From: Hyphochytrium catenoides
Lineage: Eukaryota > Protista > Hyphochytriomycota
Reading direction: 5' to 3'
Assembly (NCBI GenBank): GCA_900088475.1
Contig: FLMG01002207.1
Location: 1-37,557 of the forward strand
Length of the DNA stretch: 37,557 nt
Shown here piece after piece: positions 10,262-19,700 of the stretch (positions are counted from its first letter, which is position 1; the number at the start of each line of letters is the position of its first letter). Both the position numbers and the translations under genes were made by a program. Under the pieces are notes generated by a model, which worked only from the letters and a program-made list of their open reading frames with translations, had not been told where the DNA came from and ran no database searches.

Positions 10262-11746
10262 CAGGCAAAGCCGAAGCAACAGGGGAAGAGGAAGTAAAGG
10301 ACGGAGAGAAGAGACAAGTAATGAACATCTAATGAAGTTCGTCTTCTAGATGTTGCTCCGACCTACCTAACAACAATCATCCTTCGTTGCTGCCGCGTGC
10401 TGCTATCTTATTATTGTTGTGCCGTACTCGCTTTTTATAATAACCACCAGAGGCCCAGCAGGGCTGCTTCTTGGTGGGGGAAATGAAGGTCACTATCAAG
10501 GTCTCACGTGACATTGGTAGGCTATGGTGGTGCACGTGGACGCTCACGAACAGCCAATAAGTAGAGGGAGAAAGAGAAGCAGCAAAGAAGGAATAAGTAG
10601 ATCAAATACCTGCTGGTAGTACCTGCCGCGGTAGTACTTGTGCAGCAATAGCCTTACTCAGCTCCTTCAGCACGTCCGGGGACTGTAGAAGGCTGCTTTC
10701 AAGACGACGGCTAGGATGTGGGTGAGGATCAAATAGAGGCTAGTGCATTTGAGATCGATATAGTTGTAATTAAGGGCACAAAGGAGTAGTATTGTGATGA
10801 GGCATCATAGAGGGAAGAAAGGAAAGCGGAGACAATTCGCGCTTGATAGAAATTGTCATTAGCTGTTGTGGCTTCTTGGTCTGCAGCTGGTAGCGCCGGC
10901 CGTAATGAGTGATGGGGAAGAAAGATGGAAGGTTCATACAATATGGGCAAGCGTGCTTCCTGTAAGGATAGAGTCATCCATCATCATCTGAGATCAGGGT
11001 GGTGGAAAGTGATTGATAACACGGCTTTATTTTTTTGATGGATGGGCCGGCGAGGAGGTCGCCAATAATCCACCTTCTCTGGGATTACGAATGGTGATAG
11101 TCTACGTGACCACCCCTGAGTGGTGTGTCTCTTAATCGCTCCCCGCGGTAAGCAGCGTTTTCTGTCCTATACCATCTCTTCCCTATTATTATCCTCTCGT
11201 TTGACCACCAGTCTCTCTGAATCTCCCATATTTCTCTTTTTCTGTATGTGGCGCTTGCGCTTTTTAGTCCTACTACTAGAGTCTTTTCTCTCCTATCGTC
11301 CACCCCTCAGTGCCGCCTCTAATTATCCAATGCTCTCTTCTTTGTTCTTCTCTATCTTCCTACTTCTGCGGCCTCTGCTCGCTAGTCCGTTCTCGATTCT
11401 TTCTTGTGTCTCTGTTTTCTAAACTATCTTCCTCTCTAGCGTCGCTGCTACGGTCCTCCTCTCTTCCCACTTCTTTGTCTTGCTGCTACTTCTTCTCTTC
11501 CTTGCGTACCGATTAGGCATCGTTATCTCCAAGGGCTTTACTACTACCATCTACCATTCCCTGCCATGATTCCGCCTTTCGGACCCGTTCGGCCTGCATA
11601 AGCTACTCTCCTCGAGAAACAGTGCCGGTGTCTGTCGAACCTTATTGTATGGTGCAACCCTAAAAGCAGAGGGAGACCAAAGAACGGAGCTACGATCTAA
11701 TCGGTTATTATCCTTTATCGTGAAGCTGCACTAACGAAAAGGAACA

Positions 11747-11846
11747 CCTACTTTCGACTGTCGTCGTCATCAATGCTCTTCACTAACGCCACCCAAGCTA
11801 CACGCCCTACTTTCGACTGTCGTCATTAACAATGCTCTCCACCACT
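11747..11846. repeat. Imperfect direct repeat, ~40 bp unit with 59 bp period (CCTACTTTCGACTGTCGTC...CAATGCTCT)
   Basis: Copies start at 11747 and 11806. Confidence 0.85.
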
Positions 11847-12297
11847 ACATTAGGGAATAACGTGTGTCTCCAAGCTACTGACCCTACCAGGTAAACGATC
11901 AAAGAACACTTCTGCAGACTGGTAGGAGGAATAGAGCACTCCTTTTAGAGCTGAAGCTTGAATTCGCCGCGCAAAGTCCGCACCATGATAAGGGTAAGTA
12001 TGTCCAGGATCAGTTCTATTAAATATGTTCTTCATGGCACCGGTGATAAAGAGTTGGAGAGCGAAGGAACGCATTATATGAAGCCCATTTCAGGAGCTTT
12101 AGGCAGTCAGAGATCCATCACAAGAGGACAAGAACTAAGGATTAACTATCTCTGGTTTCTCATTACTAAGAATAAATAGGTTCGCCGAGAGCTGGCGGAT
12201 GATATGGCCACCTAACTAGCCCTTCTTTCTGCTCTAAACTTACCAGCAGGCAGAAGGAGGAGCAGTATCTAACCCTAAGAAAGACCTTTCATTACCG

Positions 12298-14364
12298 CTA
12301 CATTGTAGTTTCGCACGACGGGTGATCCAGAAAGCCCACCATCCCGGTAGCAGCTCCAACCATACTTCCACCGATACCGAGAGCGCTAGCACCATACGCT
12401 AGGTGATTACTAGGCTTGTGAGTGCTAAGCCCTTCGGCCAATGCTTTCGATCTCTTCGCAGCTAGGCCCAAGGTTCCACCTGCAGCGCCAAGGGCCAATG
12501 TTCCAACCATCGTGCCGACATAGGCAGAAGTCAGCCTTGAACACATACTCTTGTCTTTTGTGCAAAGAATGCCGCAAGAGTATGGCGCGTAAGCGGGACA
12601 CTGCTGCCAGCAGACAGGTCCATTGCCAGTGAAGCCTGTGTTGCATTTATTGTAACATAGGCCTGCCTGGTTTTCTCTGCCATCGTCACAAAGCTTTGGA
12701 ATTCCTCGGGGAGGTCCTCCGCCCTCATATTCCTTACCGCAGAAGAGACCGCCGTCCTTGGTATGTTCTGGGCACTTTGGGGCGCAGAGACAGCACCCGT
12801 TGGGTTCCCAGCCTTCAGGGCACTTGGCGTAGTAGAGCAACCCATACTTCTCACAGGTACCCGCTCCACCATTCTCTCGCTCACAATCTTCCCTGGCGCC
12901 CTCCAGGCTGAAAGGTCTGTGTCCAAACCTCCAGGGATAGCCTTTGCGGTGTTTTCTGCCTATTGGCTTCCAGCAGGATGCACCGTCGTCTCTGAAGCCT
13001 TCAGGGCACTGAATGTTCCGCCTGCACCAGCAGCAACCCACTCTGCTATATCCCTCTTTACATTTATCATAGCACAACGCACCAGAAACCTCTTGGCCTT
13101 CAGCGCAGCGCCTTGGAATGGTGCCTACACCTCGCGGTTGAGAGAGCTTCATGCAAGCCACAGGTGAATCCGCGGACCTTCTCGTCGAGCTGGGTAGAGT
13201 CATTGCTTTATGATGGCGCTGCTGGCCACTATTACTATTGGTCTGATTGGTCCCTGATGGCGCTGCCCCAACACTAAGAGCGAGTGAAAGAGAGACGGGT
13301 GTAGAACTATTAGAACCATCTCTTAGCGTGGAGGATGGAGATGATGGTAGAAGCTTAACCGCTTGGTGCTGATCACCATTTGGAGGTGGCGCGGCACCCG
13401 GTAAATTGATAGTAAGTGTCACGTGGCTCCCGCCTCCAATTGTCCGAGGGTCACTGGGTGGTAGGTTCAACGTCAGCGATAGACTACTACTGCCTTCTGC
13501 TCCAGGTAGCGAAGGAGGTAGATTGAGCGTTAGGCTTACTGCACCTTGTGGAATGGCCGATGCAGCAGAAGGCGGAGGAGCAAGAGGCAAAGAGTCAGCC
13601 CTCTTTGCATCATTATCATTGCTCCTATCGGGCGAGCTATCGGCTATTGGAGTCCCAGGAGCTGGAGGAGCTGCAAAGTTAACGGTCAACGCGTAGGCGG
13701 AGGGAGTTCTTGCTGGTGACGGTGGTTGATGATGAGGAGGTAAAGGGGAAGGGGCGATGGGCAGAGAGGAAGCGTCACTTCCATTCGCTTCTCTTGTTCC
13801 TCCTTTGGTCATGGACGCAGGTAATGGCGCTGCAGCTGGTAGCTCAACTGTGGAGTGCTTTCTGGCGGTCTCCTCGGTAACTATAGATTGATTCCACAGC
13901 TGCTGATCGCTAGTAGGGATCGAAGAACTCTTAGAAGGATAATTGGAGTCTTTACCCTCATCATCTTCTTCGACACGTTCTTCATCGTCTAGTCCTTCAA
14001 CTTGTCTTCCCTCCTTTTCCTCTTTCGCTTCATCTCGAAGCAGTCTTCTTCTTCGGCGATAGCGCGTAGTAGTCGGAGCTTTCCTTTCCGGAGCTGGCAT
14101 ACCCTGTGTAACTTTGTTTTCGGTGTCTATCAGGAGCTGACGATGAGCATCTAGGTCCCCTTTACCAGCGTCAAAGGCGTCGTTATGAGGCCTTTGGTGC
14201 CTGTCTCGAACAGTGTCAGCCCTCAGCTCTTTCCTCCCTGCTGCCGCAATCACTGCTGACCCTCCAATAAGGAGCCATAGGAGAATAAAGTGGCCGACAA
14301 CCTTAAGGGCTTGAAGTATACTTCTTCTTCTCGCAGACAAGGTAGCGTCGATCATTATGCTCAT
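12298..14364 (-). CDS. Intronless secreted or membrane-associated protein (~688 aa): signal/TM segment, Pro/Ser-rich linker, Cys-rich repeat domain, Gly-rich hydrophobic tail
   Basis: Long open frame. The track start at 14385 is TTG; the first ATG is at 14364. Hydrophobic VVGHFILLWLLIGGSAVIAAAG. Repeated C..G....GALCY.KC / CP.G..D.G..C.K units at 13158-12540. Tail GTLALGAAGGTLG...GIGGSMVGAATG. Confidence 0.9.
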   Translation of the reverse strand: MSIMIDATLSARRRSILQALKVVGHFILLWLLIGGSAVIAAAGRKELRADTVRDRHQRPHNDAFDAGKGDLDAHRQLLIDTENKVTQGMPAPERKAPTTTRYRRRRRLLRDEAKEEKEGRQVEGLDDEERVEEDDEGKDSNYPSKSSSIPTSDQQLWNQSIVTEETARKHSTVELPAAAPLPASMTKGGTREANGSDASSLPIAPSPLPPHHQPPSPARTPSAYALTVNFAAPPAPGTPIADSSPDRSNDNDAKRADSLPLAPPPSAASAIPQGAVSLTLNLPPSLPGAEGSSSLSLTLNLPPSDPRTIGGGSHVTLTINLPGAAPPPNGDQHQAVKLLPSSPSSTLRDGSNSSTPVSLSLALSVGAAPSGTNQTNSNSGQQRHHKAMTLPSSTRRSADSPVACMKLSQPRGVGTIPRRCAEGQEVSGALCYDKCKEGYSRVGCCWCRRNIQCPEGFRDDGASCWKPIGRKHRKGYPWRFGHRPFSLEGAREDCERENGGAGTCEKYGLLYYAKCPEGWEPNGCCLCAPKCPEHTKDGGLFCGKEYEGGGPPRGIPKLCDDGRENQAGLCYNKCNTGFTGNGPVCWQQCPAYAPYSCGILCTKDKSMCSRLTSAYVGTMVGTLALGAAGGTLGLAAKRSKALAEGLSTHKPSNHLAYGASALGIGGSMVGAATGMVGFLDHPSCETTM

Positions 14365-15374
14365 GAAGTCATTGGAGAAGCCCAATGGGCCTGTCCGGTA
14401 GTAAAAGCGCCAACTTAGCGCAGCGCGGTTCTGTCCATGACGGGCGGAATAGAGGGAATCCGAAGAATAGAGACGACCTCAGCTACCGAAGCGCATAGAC
14501 GCAGAATGAGGAAGTGAGGAGGCCAATGAGGAGGAGATTAGAGAAAAGGTCGCCGTTGACCTTGGAAGTACCGACACAGAATGGCAAAGATCTTCCCTCC
14601 TCCGGGAAGGAGTGTTGCATATCCAGCAATATGCTCAAGGCAGTTAAATTAAGTCATGTATGACCTCCTACGAGCCCTGAGGCGCCAGCGGTCGTTATTC
14701 AAATAAGCGGATGAGTTCCCGATGCCCATCGCCTAGGTCATTCTTCCCTACCACTATCAGCGGAAGACGAACCGGAATAACTGTCCGAACAAGTGTTGAC
14801 ACGAATACCGATTATCCGGAACTTCCTCTCATGCCTCTGAAGAGGTGTTGGAGCAAGGTGTCTTCGTTGTGAAAGTCCTGGTCAGGAAGTCTAACAGGAA
14901 TCTTCTGTTGATGATTGCTAGGGGGGAAGCTGCTTGTCCCTTCATTCCCACTCATTAGCATTGAAGGAAGAAGACAGTGCGAATGACAGCTGCACTTGCC
15001 AATGTGATGTTTCAATGATCTGTCCCTTATAAGGAACGGCTCCGCTCCAGCTGTTGGGAAAGGCAACTAACTAGCTGTTCATAGTGATGTCCATAGTGAT
15101 ATACCTACCCCATAGTGAAGCCACAAAGGGCATCGAAAGACGCTGCCCAAGGGCTTTCCTTCCTCTGCTCCTCAAGTTGATGCTTTGCTGCAGAATATCA
15201 CGGCCATCAATGAGATTCCCTGTGGCGGTCTACCATTATACCAGCAGACATAGATAGTGGTCTTTCCGCTAACCTGGAGAGTGAATCTTCTCGAAAGGCG
15301 TATTCTTCTGTATCTTGGAATAGGTAGTTCTACCGAGCCGGATTAGCTGTCTACCTCCGTCTCTAGTATGTGCA

Positions 15375-15740
15375 AGAGAAACAAGGTAGGGAAGATAGTA
15401 GAGGAGCAGAGAAAGAGAGAGTAGGAATGAGAAACAGAGAGAAAGAATGGGAAAGGGAGAGAAAGAGAAAGTAAGAGAGAGAGCGGGAAAGCAGGAGAGA
15501 GAAAAGAAAGCGACAGAAAGAGAAACAGTAAGAAAGAGAGAGCAAGAGAGCGGAATAAAGGGAAGCAGTAAGAGAGAGGGTGAAAGAGAGAGGGAAGAAG
15601 AGAAAGAAAGAGAAGAGAGAGCAGAAGAGAAGAAGAGCGAGAGAGAGGGAGAGAAAGGAAGAGAAAGAAGGAAAGAGGAAGCGAGGAAAATAGAGAAAGA
15701 GGGCAAGACAGAGAGAGACGAGACGCGAGAGATGGAGAAG
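15375..15740. repeat. (AG)/(GAA)-rich polypurine tract
   Basis: Almost entirely purines on the + strand. The ORFs here are S/L/F or E/R/K artefacts. Confidence 0.9.
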
Positions 15741-17190
15741 TCTGCTCCATGCTTTTTCACTACCGTTACTTAGGAACGTAACTACTGCAAATTGGAGAAC
15801 CTGTAGTAGTGCATACGGTGTTCTACGGGCAGTCAAAGACAGAAAGTTCTGCACCGGCTCCTCGGATGGCGTTTATTACTGTTCTATGGAGGTCATGAGC
15901 CGGCAGAGCGGTGAAGAGAGATAACAGACTTATTTAGTGAACAAGAGAAGGAGAGAACAATGGAAAGAAAGAGACACGTAGACGACAGCTTGGACAAAGC
16001 GATACGGAGATACTACTGGGAAAAGCAGCAAGGTAGACCTCCTCCGACAAGGAGCCAGAACGCAAGAAAGCGCTTGTTCTCACTAGCTTTCTAATCCAGC
16101 AGAAGTACTAGCCCTCCACCAGCTTGAACCGTTGACAGATACAAGGTTCTACGAGTAGAAGAACCTCGGAGAATGCGATTGTTGCGATTGACTAACAGCC
16201 ACAAAGTTGATGTCCTTCTCTTGGCCACTGTGCGCCTACCAACCACCAGAGGAGGTTGGCAACCACCAGAAGAGGAAGACGGTAGCTCTATGAATCTAGG
16301 TTAGAGAACCTAACGCTAGCTCGTAGTAGCTCTATAGAATCGGATAACCCCATCGAATCTACCCCTAATAGAACTAATAACTCTGGACAGGAGGCCGTAT
16401 CCTCTGCAGGTGACGGTGGACAGACGTCGGCGGTAGAACGACTACGACCCTCAATTCGATCTTTATCGTCGAGACGCTCTACAAGTACACTGCCATTGTT
16501 CTAAGAGCTAATCTGAAACCAGAATAGAACTCTGACAATAGATTCTTGCTGTTCCTCGCAGGTTGTTTTTTGAGTAGCTTTGGGCCATTGGTGAGTGGGA
16601 ACATAGGCGACGACTTGGCATTGGCAGGACATTTCCTTGTTCTATAGATAGACAGAACAGTATATATAACCAACCCATCAATGTCCGTACTCTCCAACAT
16701 CGCTTCTTGTCTGGCATACTACTACCTTGGCGTGTTGATTGGCGAGCCTTGACGAGACAAAGAGGTTCTTCGCCCTAGCTCCAAACTTTACTAAGTAATT
16801 GATCATAGCCGACCGGGATCATTGCCGACTGGGACAGCTCAGTTGACCAGCAGTTGTAGCAGTCGGGCATCGGGTGGTCGGAGGCGGAAGCCGAAGCAAA
16901 GCGGATAAGCAAATGGGAAAGAACGACGCAAACTCAAAGTTTAGCGCTCTCTTTTGAACCACAGAAGTTGAGATAACCTATGTGATGCCCGCCATCAGTG
17001 GTCTATGGGGGCAGCACTTCGGGCTCTTTCACTCCCGATCTGCAACCACCTATGGTGCAGAGACAAAGATTAACCAGTAAACCCTCCTTCCACGCGGCAT
17101 GAGATGAACGCAGATCAGCCAGTTACTTGCGGTCTCAAGGTTCAGCTGAGGCAGAGGATTCTGGAGGGTAGCCATCTGCAGTAGTCAAAT

Positions 17191-17255
17191 AGTAACCACC
17201 AACCTGTAAGGACAAAGTAAGGACAAAAAGTAACCACCAACCTGTAAGGACAAAG
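17191..17255. repeat. 27 bp direct duplication AGTAACCACCAACCTGTAAGGACAAAG with a nested GTAAGGACAAA repeat
   Basis: Copies at 17191-17217 and 17229-17255. Confidence 0.9.
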
Positions 17256-18059
17256 AAGGTGGGGAAACATGTTAGCTGACAATGTCATGTGTAGATGCTG
17301 GTGATGGTTATCCTCCTGGACTGCCTTTTATATCTCCTTCTGGTGATGTCCGCGGGATTCATCTTATAAAGATGACGACGACTTCACAGCTCTAGCACAA
17401 ATTGAAAGGCGTCCATGCTGCTGGTTGTCGATAGGCGTCCTACCACTATAGGCAATTGTACATGGCGCGAAGGATGCAACGCTATTGCACGAACTAGGTA
17501 AATAAGAAGCTAGTAGTCAAGGTCGGCTCTCAGACAGTAGGCGGGTAAAGTCCTACTACTACTAGAGGAGCGTGAGAAGGAATGGAACCCTGGAGATGAC
17601 AACAAAGTCATGAACAGCATCTTACGCAGTAGCAGTCATAGAGCAACATAGAGGGAGGATGAATTGACAGAGAGAAAAGAGCGAAGTGGGTAAGAAGAAG
17701 GCGCACGGGGTAGTCCCAGAATAGTAAGTATCTGCGAGTTTATTGGTGGTTGCCCTCGTGGATGATGTACAAGGAATTGGATGAGATTTCCTTTCTCTTT
17801 CCCTTGCCTCCTGTGCAACAAGTATTGCTCTTTGACGACTTTTGCCTAAACGCGGTGGGCCTCAAGGAGGCCAGTGTTGACCTCTTACCAGGAGAAGAGG
17901 TGGGGAAAGACAGGCAAAGTGGATGAATACGTAATAATGTACTACAAAGACCTCGCTGTTCTCCTCGCTGTGGCATCAATTCTTTACACATCAATCTTTT
18001 TTCTTCGGCTCTTCAGTTCTTGCTCCTCTTCTCTCCCCAGTACTTCCACTCCTGCTTTA

Positions 18060-18617
18060 TTAACAATGATAATATTGCTCGCCAACTTGATAGTAGGGCA
18101 CCTGGTACATATCACAGAGGTATGCGAGATGGCCCTGTCTCCCGTCCAAATAAACCCTTTCCTGAACTCTCCCGCTCGCGGTAGAGCCGCCCCGCCCGTC
18201 GGCAGTACTTTGGGCTACCGCCTCCCTCGTGCGGTCAAGCACAAAGCCAGGCCCATGGATCGTTTGTTGCCACTGGGCTTGTGTGCCACCCTGTGTGTTA
18301 GCCTCGCCCCAGGCGTTAGACCGCGAATCTGCTCGCACTTGACCCGTGAATGTATTGACGAGGCCGCTCGTCTCTGTCGAAGACCAACCATTGCCGCTAG
18401 AAGAGGAGCTTGAACTTGAAGTAGAGCGCCCAGAATTCTGGAGTCTTCTCTCTTCTCTCCGGAGAAAAGAAGTAGAGGACGAGACAAGAGAGGAGGCAAG
18501 ACTGGAAGTAGCTGTCGTCTCTTCTTCTGCTGTCATCCGAGCGCTCTCCGCGGCCAGAGCGTCGAGGCATAGAAAGGAGATAATAAAGAGAGGAGAAGCC
18601 ACAGCGGCGATCTTCAT
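18060..18617 (-). CDS. Small secreted protein (185 aa) with signal peptide, propeptide ending SFLRREERRLQ, Ser linker and G/A/Q/T-rich domain
   Basis: ATG start. Signal peptide MKIAAVASPLFIISFLCLDALA-AE, a dibasic processing site, and a Tyr/Cys-containing C-terminus. Single exon. Confidence 0.8.
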   Translation of the reverse strand: MKIAAVASPLFIISFLCLDALAAESARMTAEEETTATSSLASSLVSSSTSFLRREERRLQNSGRSTSSSSSSSSGNGWSSTETSGLVNTFTGQVRADSRSNAWGEANTQGGTQAQWQQTIHGPGFVLDRTREAVAQSTADGRGGSTASGRVQERVYLDGRQGHLAYLCDMYQVPYYQVGEQYYHC

Positions 18618-19309
18618 TGTGTTTAGTGATACTGTTGCGGAGGGAATTATCTGGCGACGGTGAAGCGTTCTCTTCTTTTCTAACCCTTTGTCAATGAGGG
18701 CTGTGTCCTCCCTTTATGTGACGCCTGAGTTGACAATCCACTTTGTTGGCTGGTTGTGGTGTTGACGGACTGGAAGGTTGAGGAATGAATGGAGAAGTAA
18801 AGAGGACAAGATGACCGGCGGTCGATAACCTTTCTCATTTTCATGCTGCTCTCTCTCTTTCTCTCCTACTCTTCTTCTGTCCTCTTCTCGTCTTTTGCCC
18901 TTTTATTCACCGTTGTTTTCACTCTTTGATCTGTCTATCTATCCGTCCTCCTCCACTCCTATCCCGCTGTCTGCGCCCCCGTTGTCGACATGTCAAGGGC
19001 ATCATGACAAGGGAGAACCGGCAGACGCAACGACAAGGAGCACCAACCAAGGGTGGAATTTGATGGAAGGGCAGAACGGAGGACGAGAAAGGGAAGCAGG
19101 GGGAGCGACAGAGCGTGTCACAGGGAAGAAGAAGGTCACAAATGAAGACGTCATGACACGCAAAGAGAACGTGCCACCTGATAGAAGCGAGAGGTGCGGA
19201 AGCACTATGCGCAATTGTTTTATTCAGAACCTTGCCTTCTCCTTGTTGTCAGAGACAAGAAAGCTTCAGAAAAGATCATCGCTAGGGTGATAGGAAGCTG
19301 ACGGCCCAG

Positions 19310-19700
19310 GCTTCAGCACAAGAGAGACGAGAGAAGTGGGAGAAAAGGTGACGAGTAAATATAGAAAGCGAAGGAAAGAGAGAGAGCGAGACACACACAC
19401 ACAGAGAGGGAGACACACACAAAGAAAGAGAGAGAGAGTCAAGGACAAGAAGAAGGGGCTAGAGAGAAGGTCTAAGAACAACGAAAGAGTCCCTAAAAGG
19501 CAGACCAAAAAAGGCCGATAGATCAGAGAGAAAGGGTCAACGGAAGGACAGAGACAGAAGAAGCCGAGAGAAAGGAGAAATAAAAGAAGACAGGGTAGGG
19601 AAGCGGGTGAATCGAAGCAAGTGAGCGAGACAGAACCAGAAGAGAGAGAAACTAGAGAGAGAAGAACGTTGTCGAGAAAGGACCGACTGAGATAGGAAAG
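19310..19700. repeat. AG-rich low-complexity tract with short (AG)n/(AC)n runs
   Basis: Seen directly. Confidence 0.8.

Noticed and set aside
15269-15854. S/L/F-rich and E/R/K-rich ORFs
   Set aside because: They are translations of a polypurine tract.
16960-16992. GAAGTTGAGATAACCTATGTGATGCCC resembles an 18S rRNA segment
   Set aside because: The match is short and gapped, and the flanks show no rRNA similarity.
11747-17255. Short direct repeats as a possible CRISPR-like array
   Set aside because: Each repeat has only two copies, the units are unrelated, there is no regular spacer pattern, and the context is eukaryotic.
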